From Candidatus Latescibacterota bacterium (GTDB taxonomy: Bacteria > Latescibacterota > UBA2968 > UBA8231): DNA of 64,000 nt. Positions 52,855 through 64,000 of the stretch are shown in pieces (the stretch's first letter is position 1; every line of letters begins with the position of its first letter). The stretch lies in contig OZ220090.1 of NCBI GenBank assembly GCA_964291625.2, forward strand, positions 704,001 to 768,000, read 5' to 3'. The notes under the pieces were generated by a model, which was not told the origin of the DNA, made no database searches, and saw only the letters and a list, made by a program, of their open reading frames with translations. The translations under genes and the position numbers were made by a program.

Positions 52855-54951
52855 TTAGGCCTTGGCTTCCTCGGTGCCGCGAATCCTGGCGACGATCTCC
52901 TCCATCACCGACCGCGAAACCTCGCGGAAGCTGGCGAACTGGAGGGTGAAGACGCCGCGCCCCTGGGTGAGGGAACGCAGCCGCGTCGCATATCCGAAGG
53001 TCTCGGCCAGCGGCACCTTGGCGCTGATCACCTGGGCGTCGGAGCGGGGATTGATCCCCGCCACGTCGGCGCGGTGCGAATTCAAGTCGCCGATCACATC
53101 GCCGAGGTATTGCTCGGGCAGCACCACCTCCAAATCCATGATCGGCTCCATCAGGAAGGGACCGGCCTTTAGTGCGCCTTCCTTGAAGGCCATGGAGCCG
53201 GCCACCTTGAAGGCCATCTCCGAAGAGTCGACCTCGTGAAAGGAACCATCCAGGAGCTGCACCCTCACGTCGTCGATCGGGTAGCCGGCCACCGGGCCAT
53301 TGAGCATGGCCTCCTGGATTCCCTCCTTGACGGCAGGGACGAACTCCCGCGGCACGGCACCCCCGACGATCTTGTTCTCGAAGACCAAGCCGGTTCCGGG
53401 TTCGCCCGGCTCCAGCAGGAGTTCCACGTGACCGTACTGGCCGCGCCCCCCCGACTGTCGGACGAAGCGGCCCGTGGCCTCCACCGAACTGCGCAGGCCT
53501 TCCTTGTAGGCCACCTGCGGCCGGCCGACATTGGCCTCGACCTTGAAGTCCCGGAACAGGCGGTCCACGAGGATCTCCAGGTGCAGCTCGCCCATCCCGG
53601 AAATCACCGTCTGGGCGGTGTCGGGATCGACGCGGACCTGGAAAGTGGGATCCTCTTCGGCCAGCTTGGCCAGGGCCCCCTGAAGGGACTCCTGATCGGC
53701 GCGGGTCTTCGGCTCGATGGCCACGTGAACGACGGGCTTGTCGAACTCGATCTTCTCGAGAACGACCGGATCCGACTCGTCGCACAGGGTGTCGCCGGTG
53801 GTAGTGTTCTTCAAACCGACCACGGCGATGATATCACCCGCGTGCACCTCCCTCTTCTCGGTGCGGTCGTTGGCGTGCATCTCGAGAAGGCGGGAGGCTC
53901 GCTCCCGGCGGCCGGTGCTGACATTGTACAAGTATGACCCGGCCTGGAGAGTGCCGGAATAGACCCGGACGAAGGAGAGACGCCCCACGAAGGGGTCGGT
54001 CATGATCTTGAAGGCCAGGGCCGAGAACGGCTTGTCATCGCGGGGGAGCCGCTCCACCTGCTCCTCCGAGTCGGGCACATGTCCGGTGACGGCGGGGACG
54101 TCGGCCGGCGAGGGCAGATAGCTCACGACGGCGTCGAGCAACTGCTGCACACCCTTGTACCGAAAGGCCGAGCCACAGGTGACGGGCACCGCCCTGAGAG
54201 CGATGGCGGCTCTTCGCAGAGCGGCCATGATCTCCGCCGGGGCGATCTCGCCGCCATCGAGGAACTTCTCCAGCAACCCGTCGTCGAAGTCGGCCACGGC
54301 CTCGAGGAGCCTCTCCCGGTACTGGAGGGCCACCTCCATCAGGTCATCGGGAATCTCGCCCTCGTAGAAGTTGGACCCCAGCGAGGTCTCCTCATATGTG
54401 ATCGCACGCATCGAGACCAGATCGATCAGCCCGTTGAAGGTCTCCCCCGAACCGATGGGCAGCTGGATGGGGACGAAGTTGCTCCCCAGGCGGCCCTCGA
54501 GCATCTCCAGGACGCGGTAAAAGTCGGCCCCGTTGCGGTCCATCTTGTTGACGAAGGCGATACGCGGGACCTCGTACCGGTCGGCCTGCCGCCAGACCGT
54601 CTCCGACTGGGGCTCGACACCGCCCACGGCGCAGAACACGCCCACGGCGCCATCGAGGACGCGCAGAGAACGCTCGACCTCCGCCGTGAAATCGACGTGC
54701 CCCGGCGTGTCGATGATGTTGATGCGGTGATCCTTCCACTCGCAGGCCGTGGCCGCCGAGGTAATCGTTATCCCCCGCTCGCGCTCCTGCTCCATCCAGT
54801 CCATGGCGGTGTTGCCGTCGTGGACCTCTCCCATGCGGTGGAGCCGGCCCGTGTAGTACAGGATTCGCTCGGTCGTCGTCGTCTTGCCGGCGTCGATGTG
54901 GGCGGCTATACCGATGTTGCGGGTCTGTTCGATGCTGTGCTGGCGGGTCAT
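52855..54951 (-). CDS. fusA: Elongation factor G
   Basis: [25 protein letters not shown]. Confidence 0.98.
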   Translation of the reverse strand: MTRQHSIEQTRNIGIAAHIDAGKTTTTERILYYTGRLHRMGEVHDGNTAMDWMEQERERGITITSAATACEWKDHRINIIDTPGHVDFTAEVERSLRVLDGAVGVFCAVGGVEPQSETVWRQADRYEVPRIAFVNKMDRNGADFYRVLEMLEGRLGSNFVPIQLPIGSGETFNGLIDLVSMRAITYEETSLGSNFYEGEIPDDLMEVALQYRERLLEAVADFDDGLLEKFLDGGEIAPAEIMAALRRAAIALRAVPVTCGSAFRYKGVQQLLDAVVSYLPSPADVPAVTGHVPDSEEQVERLPRDDKPFSALAFKIMTDPFVGRLSFVRVYSGTLQAGSYLYNVSTGRRERASRLLEMHANDRTEKREVHAGDIIAVVGLKNTTTGDTLCDESDPVVLEKIEFDKPVVHVAIEPKTRADQESLQGALAKLAEEDPTFQVRVDPDTAQTVISGMGELHLEILVDRLFRDFKVEANVGRPQVAYKEGLRSSVEATGRFVRQSGGRGQYGHVELLLEPGEPGTGLVFENKIVGGAVPREFVPAVKEGIQEAMLNGPVAGYPIDDVRVQLLDGSFHEVDSSEMAFKVAGSMAFKEGALKAGPFLMEPIMDLEVVLPEQYLGDVIGDLNSHRADVAGINPRSDAQVISAKVPLAETFGYATRLRSLTQGRGVFTLQFASFREVSRSVMEEIVARIRGTEEAKA

Positions 54952-55022
54952 GAGGTCAGCGGACGGGTTCAGACGTGGACGGAATTCGAATCGGGGACAG
55001 AACCAACTCGGTCAAGGAGGGA

Positions 55023-55493
55023 CTAGAATCGATAGTGCGCGAAGGCCTTGTTGGCCTCCGCCATGCGGTGCACGTCGTCCCGGGCCCGGATGGCGCCGCC
55101 CTCGCCGTTGGCGGCGGCGATCAGCTCGTTGGCGAGACGCTCGGCCATGGTGCGCTCGGAGCGCTCGCGGGCGTAGCGGATCAGCCACTTGATCGAGCGG
55201 GTGGTACGCTCTTCGGGGCGCACCTCCAAGGGCACCTGGAGGGTTTGCGATCCGACGCGGCGGGACTTGGTGATGACCATGGGCTTACAGTTCTCCACCG
55301 CCTTGAGAAAGACATCGAGCCCCTGCTGGTCGGAACGGCCGGTGACCATGTCGATGGCGGAGTAGAAGATCTGCTCGGCCGTGCTCTTCTTGCCCTGCTT
55401 CATCAGGCAATTGATGAACCGCGTCGCCAAGGGATTGTGAAACTTCGGGTCGGCCAGGACCTGACGTTTGACGGCGCGGCGTCGGCGAGACAT
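55023..55493 (-). CDS. rpsG: 30S ribosomal protein S7
   Basis: GKKS.A, SRRVG, HRMAEANKAFAH. Confidence 0.96.
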   Translation of the reverse strand: MSRRRRAVKRQVLADPKFHNPLATRFINCLMKQGKKSTAEQIFYSAIDMVTGRSDQQGLDVFLKAVENCKPMVITKSRRVGSQTLQVPLEVRPEERTTRSIKWLIRYARERSERTMAERLANELIAAANGEGGAIRARDDVHRMAEANKAFAHYRF

Positions 55494-55504
55494 GGCGAAC
55501 CCGC

Positions 55505-55879
55505 CTACCCCTGGACTCTGCGGGCGCCGTACTTGGACCGGCCCTGCTTGCGCTCGGCCACGCCGCTGGCATCGAGGACGCCCCTGATGATGTGGTAACG
55601 CACGCCCGGCACGTCCTTCACGCGCCCCCCCCGGACCAGGACGATGGAGTGCTCCTGAAGGTTGTTGCCCTCGCCGGGGATGTAGGCCGTGACCTCCTGT
55701 CCCGTAGTCAGCCGCACCCGGGCCATCTTCCGAAGAGCGGAATTGGGCTTCTTCGGGGTCGTCGTGTAGACGCGCGTGCACACACCGCGGCGCTGGGGAC
55801 ACCCCTTGAGGGCTGGAGAGTCCGTCCGCGACTTGGACTTTCGGCGCCCCTTGCGGACTAGTTGGCTGATGGTGGGCAA
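55505..55879 (-). CDS. rpsL: 30S ribosomal protein S12
   Basis: TTG start [22 protein letters not shown]. Confidence 0.97.
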   Translation of the reverse strand: MPTISQLVRKGRRKSKSRTDSPALKGCPQRRGVCTRVYTTTPKKPNSALRKMARVRLTTGQEVTAYIPGEGNNLQEHSIVLVRGGRVKDVPGVRYHIIRGVLDASGVAERKQGRSKYGARRVQG

Positions 55880-55991
55880 GAACGGATGCCTCGGGTTGGC
55901 CTTCGTTGACAATTCCTTCGGCGAGAAGCGCTTGCGACCGCCGGCAACAGCGGAACCCAAGGGACCTCATCGCCAAATACGACAGTCTTAA

Positions 55992-56020
55992 AGTATAGGT
56001 ATTGGCCCCTAAGTCGTCAA
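55992..56020 (-). promoter_or_regulatory. Sigma70 promoter of the str operon
   Basis: Minus strand TTGACG-N17-TATACT. Confidence 0.75.
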
Positions 56021-56045
56021 TACCACATGATGTGGTGCAGGACCA

Positions 56046-60137
<4,092 letters not shown>

Positions 60138-60180
60138 GTCCTTTTCCCTCCCATGCTCGAGTCCGCGGTTTCCGGGCGTC

Positions 60181-63996
<3,816 letters not shown>

Positions 63997-64000
63997 TCTT

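Overview
Core-genome window from a high-GC bacterium. The FCB supergroup (possibly Latescibacterota-like) is an inference from the RpoC 'KPQKKLTG' insert, the Bat/Gld genes and the peptidase-PD40-barrel gene. Right part (38.7-64 kb, minus strand): rpoB-rpoC-str-S10-spc-alpha superoperon. rplC (L3) is cleanly absent between rpsJ and rplD, and adk/map/infA are absent after secY. Middle (16.4-32 kb, minus strand): a ~15.6 kb probable operon (FmdB Zn-ribbon, TPR, MoxR, DUF58, GldA/F/G-like ABC system with a tandem-duplicated GldG, DUF4340, BatA-E), followed by a stand-alone murG(+HEAT repeats)-mraY pair with its own promoter. Left part: metallopeptidase-PD40-beta-barrel gene, SprT/DUF2786, a DapF with Ser at both catalytic Cys positions, PolX-PHP, S1/P1 nuclease-like gene, peroxiredoxin, small HTH + ssb under a promoter carrying two LexA-box-like sites, class V PLP enzyme and recG. 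Also present: a ClpX-like ATPase without Zn finger, a sigma-54 activator with a pseudo-receiver domain, unusual substitutions in the RpoB rifamycin pocket and RpoC, and a structured rpsL leader. No rRNA, tRNA, CRISPR array or mobile element was seen. All assignments come from motif recognition by eye; no database search was run.
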